Assembly: GCA_002269645.1 (NCBI GenBank)
Contig: NIVC01002377.1
Span: 115,596 to 179,595, forward strand
DNA length: 64,000 bases
Direction of reading: 5' to 3'
Source of the DNA: Macrostomum lignano
Lineage: Eukaryota
Part shown: positions 11,150-23,859 of the stretch, piece after piece
How the letters are laid out: every line of letters begins with the position of its first letter
How positions within the stretch are numbered: the stretch's first letter is position 1
The notes under the pieces: model-generated
Database searches by the model: none
Seen by the model: only the letters and a program-made list of their open reading frames with translations
Told to the model about the DNA's origin: nothing
Made by a program: the position numbers and the translations under genes

Positions 11150-13634
11150 CCCGCTCCATTCCATCCGATCCCATCCCGGATCGCATCTGATCCCATCCCA
11201 TCCGATCTCATCCCATTCCATTCCATCCCATCTCACACCATCCCATCCCATCCGATCCCATCTCATTACATCCCATCCAATCCCATCCCATCCCATCCCA
11301 TCCTATCCGATCCCATCCCATCCCATCCGATCCCATCTCATTACATCCCATCCAATCCCATCCCATCCCATCCCATCTCATTACATCCCATCCAATCCCA
11401 TCCCATCCCATCCCATCCTATCCGATCCCATCCCATCCCATCCGATCCCATCTCATTACATCCCATCCAATCCCATCCCATCCCATCCCATCCTATCCGA
11501 TCCCATCCCATCCCATCCGATCCCATCTCATTACATCCCATCCAATCCCATCCCATCCCATCCCATCTCATTACATCCCATCCAATCCCATCCCATCCCA
11601 TCCCATCCTATCCGATCCCATCCCATCCCATTCGATCCCATCTCATTACATCCCATCCAATCCCATCCCATCCCATCCCATCCTATCCGATCCCATCCCA
11701 TCCCATCCGATCCCATCTCATTACATCCCATCCAATCCCATCCCATCCCATCCCATCCCATCCCATCCCATCCCATCTCATTACATCCCATCCAATCCCA
11801 TCCCATACGATCCCATCCCATCCCATCCGATCCCATCCTATACGAACCCATCCCATTCCATCCAATCCCATCCGATCCCAACTCATTACATCCCATCCAA
11901 TCCCATCCCATACGATCCCATCCCATCCCATCCGATCCCATCCTATACGAACCCATCCCATCCCATCCCATCCCATCCCATCCCATCCCATCCCATCCGA
12001 TCCCATCCTATACGATCCCATCCCATCCAATCCCATCCGATCCCATCTCATTACATCCCATCCAATCCCATCCCATCCCATCCCATCCCATCCCATCCCA
12101 TCCCATCCCATCCGATCCCATCCTATACGATCCCATCCCATCCAATCCCATCCGATCCCATCTCATTACATCCCATCCAATCCCATCCCATCCCATCCCA
12201 TCCTATCCCATCCTATACGAACCCATCCCATCCCATCCCATCCGATCCCATCCTATACGATCCCATCCCATCCCATCCAATCCCATCCTATACGAACCCA
12301 TCCCATCCCATCTGATCCCATCTCATTACATCCCATCCAATCCTATCCCATCCCATCCCATCTGATCCCATCACATTACATCCCATCCAATCCCATCCCA
12401 TCCCATCCCATCCCATCCCATCTCATCCCATCCCATCCCATCCAATCCCATCCTATACGAACCCATCCCATCCCATCTGATCCCATCTCATTACATCCCA
12501 TCCAATCCTATCCCATCCCATCCCATCTGATTCCATCACATTACATCCCATCCAATCCCATCCCATCCCATCCCATCCCATCCCATCCCATCCCATCCCA
12601 TCCCATCTCATCCCATCCCATCCCATCCGATCCCATCTCATTCCATCCCATCCCATCCCATCCGATCCCATCCTATACGATCCCATCCCATCCCATCCAA
12701 TCCCATCCTATACGAACCCATCCCATCCCATCTGATCCCATCTCATTACATCCCATCCAATCCTATCCCATCCCATCCCATCTGATCCCATCACATTACA
12801 TCCCATCCAATCCCATCCCATCCCATCCCATCCCATCCCATCCCATCTCATCCCATCCCATCCCATCCAATCCCATCCTATACGAACCCATCCCATCCCA
12901 TCTGATCCCATCTCATTACATCCCATCCAATCCTATCCCATCCCATCCCATCTGATCCCATCACATTACATCCCATCCAATCCCATCCCATCCCATCCCA
13001 TCCCATCCCATCCCATCCCATCCCATCCCATCTCATCCCATCCCATCCCATCCGATCCCATCTCATTCCATCCCATCCAATCCCATCCGATCCCAACTCA
13101 TTACATCCCATCCAATCCCATCCCATACGATCCCATCCCATCCCATCCGATCCCATCCTATACGAACCCATCCCATCCCATCCAATCCCATCCGATCCCA
13201 TCCCATCCAATCCCATCCGATCCCATCTCATTACATCCCATCCAATCCCATCCCATCCGATCCCATCCTATACGAACCCATCTGATCCCATCTGATCCCA
13301 TCTCATTACATCCCATCCAATCCCATCCCATCCCATCCCATCTGACCCCATCTCATTACATCCCATTCAATCCCATCCCATCCCATCCCATCCCATCCCA
13401 TCCCATCCCATCCCATCCCATCTCATCCCATCTCATCCCATCCCATCCCATCCGATCCCATCTCATTCCATCCCATCCAATTCCATCCGATCCCATCCCA
13501 TCTGACCCCATCTCATTACATCCCATCCAATCCCATCCCATCCCATCCCATCCCATCCCATCCAATCCCATCCCATCCCATCCCATCCCATCCCATCCCA
13601 TCCGATCCCCTCTCATTCCATCCCATCCAATTCC
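11150..13634. repeat. (CATCC)n pentanucleotide satellite with higher-order variants
   Basis: About 2.5 kb of 5-bp units with recurrent variants (CATCTCATTACATCC, TACGAACC). Confidence 0.97.
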
Positions 13635-14427
13635 ATCCGATGCCTCCCATCTCATCAGCAAACATGAGCTGTTTAGTTTGCAATTATAGTATCATTCATG
13701 TCTCGATTTCCAAGTAAATCAATAATTTCAAACGCGTTTATTGATGAATTTGTGTACTCTAAACAAATATTTACAACTATAAAGCCCCACTGCACAGAAC
13801 CCGGAACCAAAACACATGCAAAGGACAAGCCTGGGAGACTACAGGATTTGGGAGAGAACATCAATATGTGCTCAAAGAAAAAATCGATATTCCAGCAGTG
13901 CAATCGCCTAGTTACTCATAAAGTTCACCCGACCCAGATCAGCTGAAAGTTGTGGAAATCAAATCCATGTTCGAGTCATCGATTTCGGCATTAGTGCATA
14001 AGCAGCGTGTACAAGAATTGCGCCTTGGTACAATAATAAGTAATATCAACTGAGCATATTAACCTAACTGATACTTATTTTATACAGTACAATTATTAAT
14101 GTAAACTGAAAAATCGAAATTCAAATTCGTGCCATTAATGGGCATTTTTAAACAAACATAATTTTTAATTTTAAGCTGTCCATTTTGGCGCGAATTTGAA
14201 TTCGATTAATCAAAGCCGTTTCTTGGAAAGATTGCACAAATCTATATACAGCCCAAATTAATTATTAATAACAAATTAACTGAAGAACTAACAAGAGAGA
14301 AATCATTGAGCTACTAACTTGATAGTTTTGTCTCTCAAAATGTGTCATTTTGCTTTGCTTCAGAAAAATTGGGGCAGCAAGCTAGCAGGAAAGCGCCAAA
14401 TCTGATTGATAATTTTGTCATTTTGTA

Positions 14428-14757
14428 TCAAATCATCGTGCCAGCCGATGCCGCTGTGTCCGGCTGTCTCGCCAGCCGGCGCCCGCTACTGCCGCTGCCA
14501 GATCCGGCGCTGCGGCTGGCAACTGAGGCTGGCACGGTGAACGTTCCCATCGGGGGGTGGTGCGACTGATGATGATGCTGCTGCTGCTGCTGCTGGGCGG
14601 TTTTGAAATCTTCCACGGAGCCGCCGCGGCCGGAGTCGTGAATGCTCGGAGCGTCCTCTTCGTCTGATCGGCGGCGCTCGTGCTGGGGCTGGTGCTGCTG
14701 GTGGTACTGGCGACTGGCCATCACGTCCGACTGGCTAGGATAGACTTGCAGGCCCGG
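14428..14757 (-). CDS. Probable terminal cytoplasmic exon of the protocadherin (PGLQVYPSQSDVMASRQ...HDSGRGGS...MGTFTV...GTMI*)
   Basis: Pyrimidine-rich acceptor ...TTCCACATTCCAG ending at 14758 on the minus strand; phase 0 matches the phase-0 donor at 30201; GC-rich open frame to TGA 14430-14428; DSGRGGS resembles the delta-protocadherin CM1 core. Linkage to exon 1 is inferred. Confidence 0.7.
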   Translation of the reverse strand, partial: PGLQVYPSQSDVMASRQYHQQHQPQHERRRSDEEDAPSIHDSGRGGSVEDFKTAQQQQQQHHHQSHHPPMGTFTVPASVASRSAGSGSGSSGRRLARQPDTAASAGTMI

Positions 14758-14954
14758 CTGGAATGTGGAAATTATGAGAGTGGAGAGGTTTATTTAATAA
14801 GACTGGTCGGATGAATCGGTTGAAATGGATGTACATTGGCGTGGCTTGAGTGTACTTTGCGGAAGTGAGGTCGGCGTGTTTAGTTTTAACGGGGGAGAAC
14901 CCGGGGGGGGAAATTGAGAAATTAATTCTCAATTTCAGATTGAGAATTAATGGT

Positions 14955-15418
14955 AGGTTTGTGTCGCTGTGTACCTTGCGGAGTGAGGTTGGCGAGCCAC
15001 TTAAACAAGGGGAGACGAGACTCATTCTAGATCTCAATAGGGGAGGGGTTGTTGCCTATGTACATTGTGGATTGGGGTTGGCGTCTTTGGGCATGGCATG
15101 GAAAGCATCAGAATGAATGGGGTTGTGTCGCTGTGTACTTTGCGGAGTGAGGTTGGCTAGCCAATTGAACAAAGGGAGACGACATTCATTTTAAATCTCG
15201 ATGGGGGTTGTCGCCTATGTACATTGTGAGGTGAGGTTGGTGCCCTTAATTTAGGCGTGGAAAGCATCCCAGATCAGAATGAATGGGGTTGTGTCGCTGT
15301 GTACTTTACGGAGTGTTGTTGGCTAGCCATTGGTACAAAGGGAGACGAGATTCATTTTAAATCTCGATGGGGTTTGTCTGGGGGGTTTCACCTATGTACA
15401 TTGCGGAGTGGGATCGGC
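14955..15418. repeat. Three diverged direct repeats of ~165 bp (plus a partial copy at ~14825-14880)
   Basis: Anchor GTGTCGCTGTGTAC at 14961, 15125 and 15291 (spacing 164 and 166); shared blocks GGAGACGA and CCTATGTACATTG. Confidence 0.85.
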
Positions 15419-16687
15419 CAGGGTATTTTTAGATTATTTTGTCTACACCATCAATAGACAGTCTTATCTTTTAGAGAAATTACCTGTTTCTTAGCAGCAT
15501 TTAAAAATTCGCTGGTTAACTAATGAACATGGCTTGTAACGTCAAAATTATCCAACTGCTTCTGCAGAAAGCCTATGATTTTTTGTATTATCCTGACAGT
15601 TAGGATTTTTGCCCTTTGCTGAAGCAACACAATGGGCGAGAATTTCCTTATTTCAGTTTGTTGCGCATTGAAAATTTATTATGGGGGCGAAGTAGAAACT
15701 TCAGCGCTACATGGTTGAAGCGATTCATTCCTGTCAGCACCCTGATGCTCACCTTCGGGGAGGGGGGCACAGGCTGGCAGAATGGCGAAGCAAGCAATAG
15801 AAAAATTGGGAGGGCCGAAACAGGTACTGTATGACGAACACAAACCTGTCTGCCCCTGTAGCTGTCGCTATGAATTATCCCCATCGCTAATAACCGACCG
15901 AACAGAGCGTGTAGGTAACTCCCCGCTCGTCAGCTTCTTTTCTCCCGACTGCCCCCACCAGCCCTCCTCTATTTCTCCTGCAGGTGATTACGCAATCGAA
16001 TAATGCACCAGATCCCATCATCCTTTTTGGCTGACAAAAGGCTTACCAAGGTAGATGAGGGGATGAGGAGCCCCCCTCTCTCTCTGTCTCTTTTTGAACC
16101 GCTTCTGGCTTTTAAAATATAAAGTTAACTGGGTATCATTTTAATGCGCGCAATAAAAAATGATATTTTCAATTAATTTTTCATGCCTTTCTCCCAGTAT
16201 TTGGGAAGATTAGTGGCAGAGATAAAGAAGCAGTACTAATCTTATAACAGTAATTCAATCGGACACCAGGCTACTATTTTTTTGAAAGGTGGCCCTGGCT
16301 ACAAAGGCGGCTAAACGAACTTTCCCTCTCCTGTCTCTCTCGGGGGGGGGGGAATAATTCAATTTGACAGAAATATGGAGACTCTGGAGCTCTTAGGATC
16401 AAAGGTGGTCTGTCTTCTTAGCTTCACTGGGTAACTTAATTTTCAGCACCTACCTCTCTCACTCACTCTCTCTTTCTACGTGTGTGTAAAAGTCTAATTG
16501 ATTGGTTGTAGACTCTCTTCATTTAGATGAAGCTTAGTTGCGAAGTGAGTATATATGCTATATTTTAGACTCTCTTGTAGACTAGGTGCATAGAATTATG
16601 AGCTAAAATTCACTCACACTTAGCGTTTGTGTGACAGTGTGAGACGCAAACTGATGGAGATATGGAGTGAATAGAGAGATAAAAGGA

Positions 16688-16968
16688 ATAGAACAGGGAA
16701 GAGAGGAGAGGAGAGGAGTGGAGAGGAGAGGAGAGGAGAGGAGAGGAGAGGAGAGGAGAGGAGAGGAGAGGAGAGGAGAGGAGAAGAGAGGAGAAGAGAG
16801 GAGAGAAGAGGAGAGGAGAGGAGAGGAGAAGAGAAGAGAGGAGAGGAGAAGAGAGGAGAGGCGAAGAGAGGAGAGGAGAGGAGAAGAGAGGAGAGGAGAG
16901 GAGAGGAGAGGAGAGGAGAGGAGAGGAGAGGAGAGGAGAGGAGAGGAGAGGAGAGGAGAGAAGAGGAG
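16688..16968. repeat. (GAGAG/GAGGA)n pentanucleotide microsatellite
   Basis: About 55 units of AGAGG. Confidence 0.95.
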
Positions 16969-17574
16969 ATTAGATCGCTAATATCATTCATCAAGCAACA
17001 GCGGATCATTATCGAGTCAGGGCTACTCCGCCTACAATCCTGTCTCCCCTCTTTCCCCCTTCAATATCGCTTTCCAAAAGGATCCAAAAAAGACCGAAAT
17101 TCTTCCGTAGTGTTCGGAGGAAGCGCGGGCAAGAACAGACACACTGAAAGGGGGAGGGTCCGCGCCAGCAGCTCCTCCCCTCCCTGGCTTGAACAACTGG
17201 CATCTGGCATTCCGCCACCATTGTTTGCCTCCTCTCGCTCGCTCCTATTGACAGGCTCGTGTAGCTTCTTAGTAGCTTGTAGAAGGCGGAGCCGCGGGGA
17301 GACGGGAGAGGAGAGGAGAAGTGAGAGTTGGCAGCGGCGTCACTGGGCGCGCCGCCGTGTCACTGCCTGGAGGCGGGGGGGGGGGCGGGTCCGGCAGCCG
17401 CTCCCAGTTATGAAATATAAAAATGAAGAAAAAGAGGCTCCCGATTGCAGTGAACAATAGATCACGATAAATACAAACACGCACTGCCAGGACCGGCTGT
17501 TCACACGGCTATGCTTTCTCTCCCGTGTCTGTTTGGTTGGCTAAAGGCTTTGCTTGACATAGCGGCTTTTGCTG

Positions 17575-17995
17575 GCCCTCTTCCGCTCCTCTCTTCCGCT
17601 CTCTTCCGCTCCTCTCTTCCGCTCCCCTCTTCCGCTCTCTTCCGCTCCTCTCCTCCGCTCCTCTCTCCATTCCTCTCTCCCGCTCCTCTCTTGCGCTCCT
17701 CCCTTCCGCTCCTCTCTTCCGCTCCTCTCTTCCGCTCCTCTCTTCCGCTCCTCTCTTCCGCTCCTCTCTTCCGCTCCTCTCTTCCGCTCCTCTCTTCCGC
17801 TCCTCTCTTCCGCTCCTCTCTTCCGCTCCTCTCTTCCGCTCCTCTCTTCCGCTCCTCTCTTCCGCTCCTCTCTTCCGCTCCTCTCTTCCGCTCCTCTCTT
17901 CCGCTCCTCTCTTCCGCTCCTCTCTTCCGCTCCTCTCTTCCGCTCCTCTCTTCCGCTCCTCTCTTCCTCTCCTCTCTTCCGCTCCTCTCTTCCTC
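17575..17995. repeat. 13-bp minisatellite (CCGCTCCTCTCTT)
   Basis: About 32 units with a perfect core. Confidence 0.95.
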
Positions 17996-18644
17996 TCCTT
18001 TTTCCCCGCTCTCCTATTCTTGATATTTTCAGTTTCCAGTTCCGTCCTCCTTTCGTCCTCTCTCAAACTAAAACTAAATATGATATACCTGACTCACTGG
18101 CAACCCGTTCCTCTCTCATCCCCCATCCGCCCCATCCGCACCAGTAGTTTCCCCAGCGGCTCGCAGACATTCCAGTTCTATACGTTAGAAATTCAGCCTC
18201 CAATCTAAAGCAAAACAACGGCAACTTTTTTCTGAACAAAAAAACCACAAAGACAGTAGCAAACGAATACAATGACAGGCTTCCATTGGGAATAGAAACA
18301 GAAAGCATCCATTGGAAAAACTAATACCATGTGTGCCTCTAAACAACGGAACTCTCCTTCAACCGTAACAACAACGCTAAGCATGTTTGAGTTCGGTACT
18401 CAACTAGAAAAAAAAACTGCTCAATCATGCAGCGAATGAATTGCCTTGGTATGGAAAAAATGTATTGTTTCCTTCAATAGAATCATGGGTTAAGACCATC
18501 TGTTGTTGGGATAACTGTGTAAGTGATGAATGCTTGAGTATTGCACCTGTTGCTTCTGCCATGCTGCTTGACGGTTGGGTTGCCTTCTGATTGACGGACT
18601 GACTACTCAGGTAATAGGCATTCACGTCATATTTTACTCGAAAG

Positions 18645-19337
18645 CAGTCATCGTCTACTCAGACACAAGCAGTCATAAACTACTTATAGACACAAGTAGT
18701 CATAGATTACTCAGACACAAGCAGTCATAGATTACTCAGACACAAGTAGTCATAGATTACTCAGACACAAGCAGTCATAGACTACTCAGACACAAGCAGT
18801 CATAGACTACTCAGACACAAGCAGTCGTAGACTACTCAGACACAAACAGTCATAGACTACTCAGACACAAGCAGTCATAGATTACTCATAGACACAAATA
18901 GTCATATACTACTCATAGACACAAACAGTCATAGACTACTTATAGACACAAACAGTCATAGACTACTTATAGACACAAACAGTCATAGACTACTTATAGA
19001 CACAAACAGTCATAGACTACTTATAGACACAGACAGTCATAGACTACTCAGACACAAACAGTCATAGACTACTTATAGACAAACAGTCATAGACTACTTA
19101 TAGACACAAACAGTCATAGACTACTTATAGACACGAACAGTCATAGACTACTCAGACACAAACAGTCATAGACTACTTATAGACACAGACAGTCATAGAC
19201 TACTCAGACACAAGCAGTCATAGACTACTTATAGACACAAACAGTCATAGACTACTCATAGACACAAACGGTCATAGACTACTCATAGACAGACAATCAT
19301 AGACTACTTATAGACACGAACAGTCATAGACTACTCA
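18645..19337. repeat. 25/27-bp minisatellite (AGTCATAGACTACT[TA]CAGACACAAAC)
   Basis: About 26 units of two lengths. Confidence 0.95.
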
Positions 19338-20324
19338 AAATACAGACCACCAGTATAGCAAGCAGCATTAGCAATGATAAACTAATGCAGGGCACTCACC
19401 CTAGGAGATGTACAGCCGAGCTGTCTAATGCAAGCTGTGCCCATCTGATCCATGGGCAGCAGCAGAGAGCTGTTGCAGTCAGGAACGAACAGTGGCCTGT
19501 ACATCTGGGTGGATAATTACAGGTGATAGAATTTTAATTATTAATTGAGCAGCAACTTTTCTCGTAAAAAAGAGTTGTTATAAATATTGATTCTTTTTTC
19601 ATATAAATAGCAAAAGTTGAGTCACCGACCCCCACAGCTGCGATGCAATAATGGATTCTGAAGTATCGCAGTGGTGAATCTACAACCCACTTGAAGCGGG
19701 ACATGGAGGCGTGCAAGCTGAGGTAGGGGGAGAAAGTGTGCTGAACCCACACGCCCTCCAAAGCTGGGGATTTGAGGATCCGTGAGGCGAGTTCATTCAT
19801 TCATCGGCGCTTTTGAAGACCAAACCTGGGAGGTTGAAAGGGGTCAAGGCGGAGCTATGCTCACCGCTCCCCTCTACGACTAAAACTAGCATTTCTGTGT
19901 GAACAAAAGATCGTGCCAGTGCCAAAAGAATTAAATGCTTTTTTTTCTCTCAAAATGAAAAGCATCACATTCTCCTTTTTTGAGCATCCCGTGTGCCGAC
20001 ACAGCGTGAGCACTCGCTACATTCATTCAGAGTCTCTCAGACACCCGCTGTGATTGAGACGACACGAAGGAGCGACCACCCCTACCCCCACCTGAGCGGG
20101 TGAGTAATGATGGCCCCTAAGTGAGCTGAGCAGCCTGTATAAATGCGGTAGACAAGCTGTAATTAGATGTCGGCCCATGCCTTGTGTGACAAAAAGGTAA
20201 TTCATTTATTTTCAAGATCTTGTTTGTGTGTTTTTCTCACTGACATTATTTTTTTCTCAAGCCAACTTTTCTGAAATGCGTGTTTTGCTCTTGATGTATT
20301 AATTGACTGTGAGTACCGCTCACC

Positions 20325-20930
20325 ACCTCTGCCTCTCCTGTTCTCTCTCCTCTCTACTCTCTCCTTTCTCCTCTCTCCTTTCTCCCTCTCTCCTCTCTCC
20401 TCTCCCCTTTATCCCCTCTCCTCTCCCCTCTCTACTCTCCTCTCTCCTCTCTCCCACTCTCCTCCCTCCTCTCTACTCTCCCCTCTCTCCTCTCCCCTCT
20501 CTCCTCTCCCCTCTCTCTTCTCCCCTCTCTCCTTTCCCCTCTCTCCTCCCTCCTCTCTCCTCTACTCTCCCCTCTCTCCGCTCTTTTCTCTCCTCTCCTC
20601 TCCGTACCCTTTCTCTTCTCTCTTATCTATCTTCTCTTCTCTCTCTCTCCTCTCTCCTCTCTCCTCTCCCCTCTCTCCTCTCCCCTCTCTCCTCCCTCCT
20701 CTCTCCTCTCTCCTCTACTCTCTCCTCCCTCCTCTCTCCTCTCTCCTCTACTCTCCCCTCTCTCCTCTCTTTTCTCTCCTCTCCCCTCCGTACCCTTTCT
20801 CTTCTCTCTCTCTCCTCTCTTCCCTCTCTCCTCTCTCCTCTCTCCTCTCTCCTCTCCCCTCCGTACCCTTTCTCTTCTCTCTCTCTCCTCTCTTCCCTCT
20901 CTCCTCTCTCCTCTCTCCTCTTCCCTCTAT
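20325..20930. repeat. CT-rich low-complexity tract
   Basis: Imperfect (CTCTC/CTCCT)n. Confidence 0.9.
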
Positions 20931-21654
20931 TTTTTTCTCTGTTATGTAGACACTTACTCATTCGTGAAATTTGATCACTTGTTTGCTTTCATTAATTTTC
21001 ATCTCATTTCTCACTAAATAGAGGGAAATACATGTATTGAATCATTATACTAGCAACTTCTGTTATTAGCAAGCTAAAATTTAGTTCACGCGCAGCTCTC
21101 TGTCTCCCTGAAAAATTTATTGCAGAAATAATATTCTTGGCAGCAGCAGCAACAGCAGCAAGTTAATTAGCTCCAGCAGCTAAGAAAAAGAGTGAAAGGT
21201 GTCAAATTATCGAGCTCATAACGATTGATTTGTCAGCGCAGCCCTCAGGGGTGCCGTGTGGTGGAGGGCTCGGCTCTGGGAGGGATCGAGGCTGTCAGTC
21301 AGAGTGAGATTTTACGCTCGAATTGCGGCTGCAGCGGCTGATGAAGCGGAATCCAGCCTCAGCTGATTTAATTCTATGTGTGTGAGGTGAGGCTGGGCGC
21401 ATTCCTCTGCTGGCGATGGAGAGAGAGAAAGGGAGACGGGGGACATTGTGGGGGGGGGGCACAGCTGCCTCACGGGTCAGTGAGGCCAGAATTTATATAT
21501 ATTTTTATTTGTTGCCTAATAATACAAGCTAATAATAAATATGAATCTATTTAATGGTTGTACTGACTGTTGGCAGATGTCGGATTAAGAAAAGCTTAAT
21601 TTTGATGCATGTTTTCAATGATTTTTACTGTTTAGTTTTAGAAGCTTTCGTGTG

Positions 21655-22410
21655 ATTTTAAAAGCCAGAATAGTTTAAAAGCTACCAAATGGGGTTTAAA
21701 AGCTATCAGATAAGTTTAAAAGCTACCAAATGGGGTTTAAAAGCTACCAGAATAGTTTAAAAGCTACCAGAATAGTTTAAAATCTACCAGATGGGTTTAA
21801 AAGCTACCAGACGAGTTTAATAGCCACCAAATGGGGTTTAAAAGCTATCAGATAAGTTTAAAAGCTACCAAATGGGGTTTAAAAGCTATCAGATAAGTTT
21901 AAAAGCTACCAAATGGGGTTTAAAAGCTACCAGAATAGTTTAAAAGCTACCAAATGGGGTTTAAAAGCTACCAGAATAGTTTAAAATCTACCAGATGGGT
22001 TTAAAAGCTACCAGACGAGTTTAATAGCCACCAAATGGGGTTTAAAAGCTACCAGACGAGTTTAAAAGCTACCAGACGAGTTTAATAGCCACCAAATGGG
22101 GTTTAAAAGCTACCAGACGAGTTTGAAAGCTACCAGATGAGTTTAAAAGCTACCATATGGGTTTAAAAGCTACCAGATGAGTTTAAAAGCTACCAGATGA
22201 GTTTAAAAGCTACCAAATGAGTTTAAATGCTACCATATGGGTTTAAAAGCTACCAAACGAGTTTAAAAGCTACCAGAGGAGTTTAAAAGCTACCAGACGA
22301 GTTTAAAAGCTACCAGACGGGTTTAAAAGCTACCAGACGGGTTTAAAAGCTACCAGACGGGTTTAAAAGCTACCAAACGAGTTTCAAAGCAAAAATATGG
22401 GTTTAAAAGC
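21655..22410. repeat. 20/21-bp minisatellite (TTTAAAAGCTACCAGATGAG and variants)
   Basis: About 37 units with a conserved TTTAAAAGCTACCA core. Confidence 0.95.
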
Positions 22411-23859
22411 TGCCAAATGAGTTACGAGAGGCGCTAAAAGGGACAGGAGTGCCAGCTGTCATCACGGTGCAAGAGTTCAATGATTTTGTCTCCCAAGTTC
22501 GCTCCCAAAACTGATTAGTTTCCAAGAAACCAGACACTTCAGCAATCGCTAATGAACTCACTCGCTCTAATACCGGAGTCAGATGAAAGAATGAAGTCTT
22601 TAAAGAAAAATTCATCTTGATATTCAGAGATTGGGCCCCACCCCAACCCCCTGTGCCCGCCTCGAGGGCAAATTATCCAAGCTCGAATGTCTCGCCTCCA
22701 GCTCGGATGACTCGATCTATAAGTAAGGATTTGAGATCAAGATTCGCAGAGTCTACATTGAAGGGCTGGTGTCGAATAATGTGATAATTATTATCGTATA
22801 TTAGCAGACTGCCAAAGGACACGTTTTGAATTCTAGTTAACAGCCACGCTTGGATGAGAATTCAAGTGCGTGTGCGAGAGGCAGGAGAAGGCTGTGATTG
22901 TTATCTGGGAACAGATGGGGTGTCAGGTTACCTGCCTATGAGCTTTTTTGGGCCAAGCAGGATATCGCAGAATACGAGCTTATTCCATAACCCCATTTTA
23001 TAGTCTGCCCTTTGACCTTCTAATAGTCGATCAGGTATGTAGCACTCTCTGTGGCTTGTGGGCTCGCTACTAAAGCAACTTTAGTAGTCCTTGAATCGAA
23101 CCATGGATTGTGTCGCGACACTTGGACGCATTTGCCACTGAGCTACAGATTCAGGCAGAAGTGATGACGCTGACCGACCCTTCCCCTTACTCAGCCTCTC
23201 TTCCCCCATCACTTGCTCATTAGCTGGTGTCGAATACTCAAGAGAAGAGAGTCTTGCGCATTGACTTTTACTGTATGCTCTCCTATACTCTCGCATGTGC
23301 GACAGGCACTCACAGGGTCCCCCCTCCTTGGTTGGTGATCAGACTGAGGCGGGGCCTCCACTCCAGGGCTGGCAGTTCAGTCTCTACATAATACATGGTC
23401 GAGTGGCACGGACAGGGGGTTTCAGAACGGGGCCCGCCAGTCGATAATTAAGCGTGAGAAGAACTCGCGCCACTTCTGACGCGCCGCCCCTTCTACAGAG
23501 TAGGAGTCGGGCTGTGCCCTAATGATCGGGCAGCTCCCAGAGGTATTTAGTATTGAAAACGATTTGTTCTGCGCGAGTATGGGGCAGTTGTTGGTTTCAT
23601 TTCGTTTTTGAATTGAAGTGCCCCCCCCCCTCAATCCAGCGCCCAAGTTGGGGTTCTTTAAGCGCTAAAAAGGTGCGACAAACTCAATTAGGCCAATTAT
23701 AATTAATTGGCGAGCGGGTTGTGCGAGAGAGAGAGAGAGAGAGAGGCGCTGGAGAGTGTTTGCCGTGACATTTTCAAAGTGATTGAAAGTAACTGAAAAT
23801 TTGAGCAAACAAATTTTAATCCTTCAAACTCATTGGAAACTTCACAAACACTCAGAAAC

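Noticed and set aside
10789-11190. 133-aa non-repetitive + ORF
   Set aside because: Non-ATG start, no family similarity, no clear splice sites.
5785-13661. Long ORFs such as 5785..6582, 7873..8547 (GEIGE repeats), 7885..9027, 9643..10728 and 11001..12365
   Set aside because: They coincide with tandem arrays, are open in several frames or strands, and lack splice or codon-usage support.
18425-18625. Minus-strand ORF as a possible middle protocadherin exon
   Set aside because: No convincing acceptor, weak donor (GTGCAA), and AT-richer codon use than the true exons.
22407-22514. Protein-like short frame ELREALKGTGVPAVITVQEFNDFVSQVRSQN
   Set aside because: Only ~35 codons between stops and no splice signals or homology recognised.
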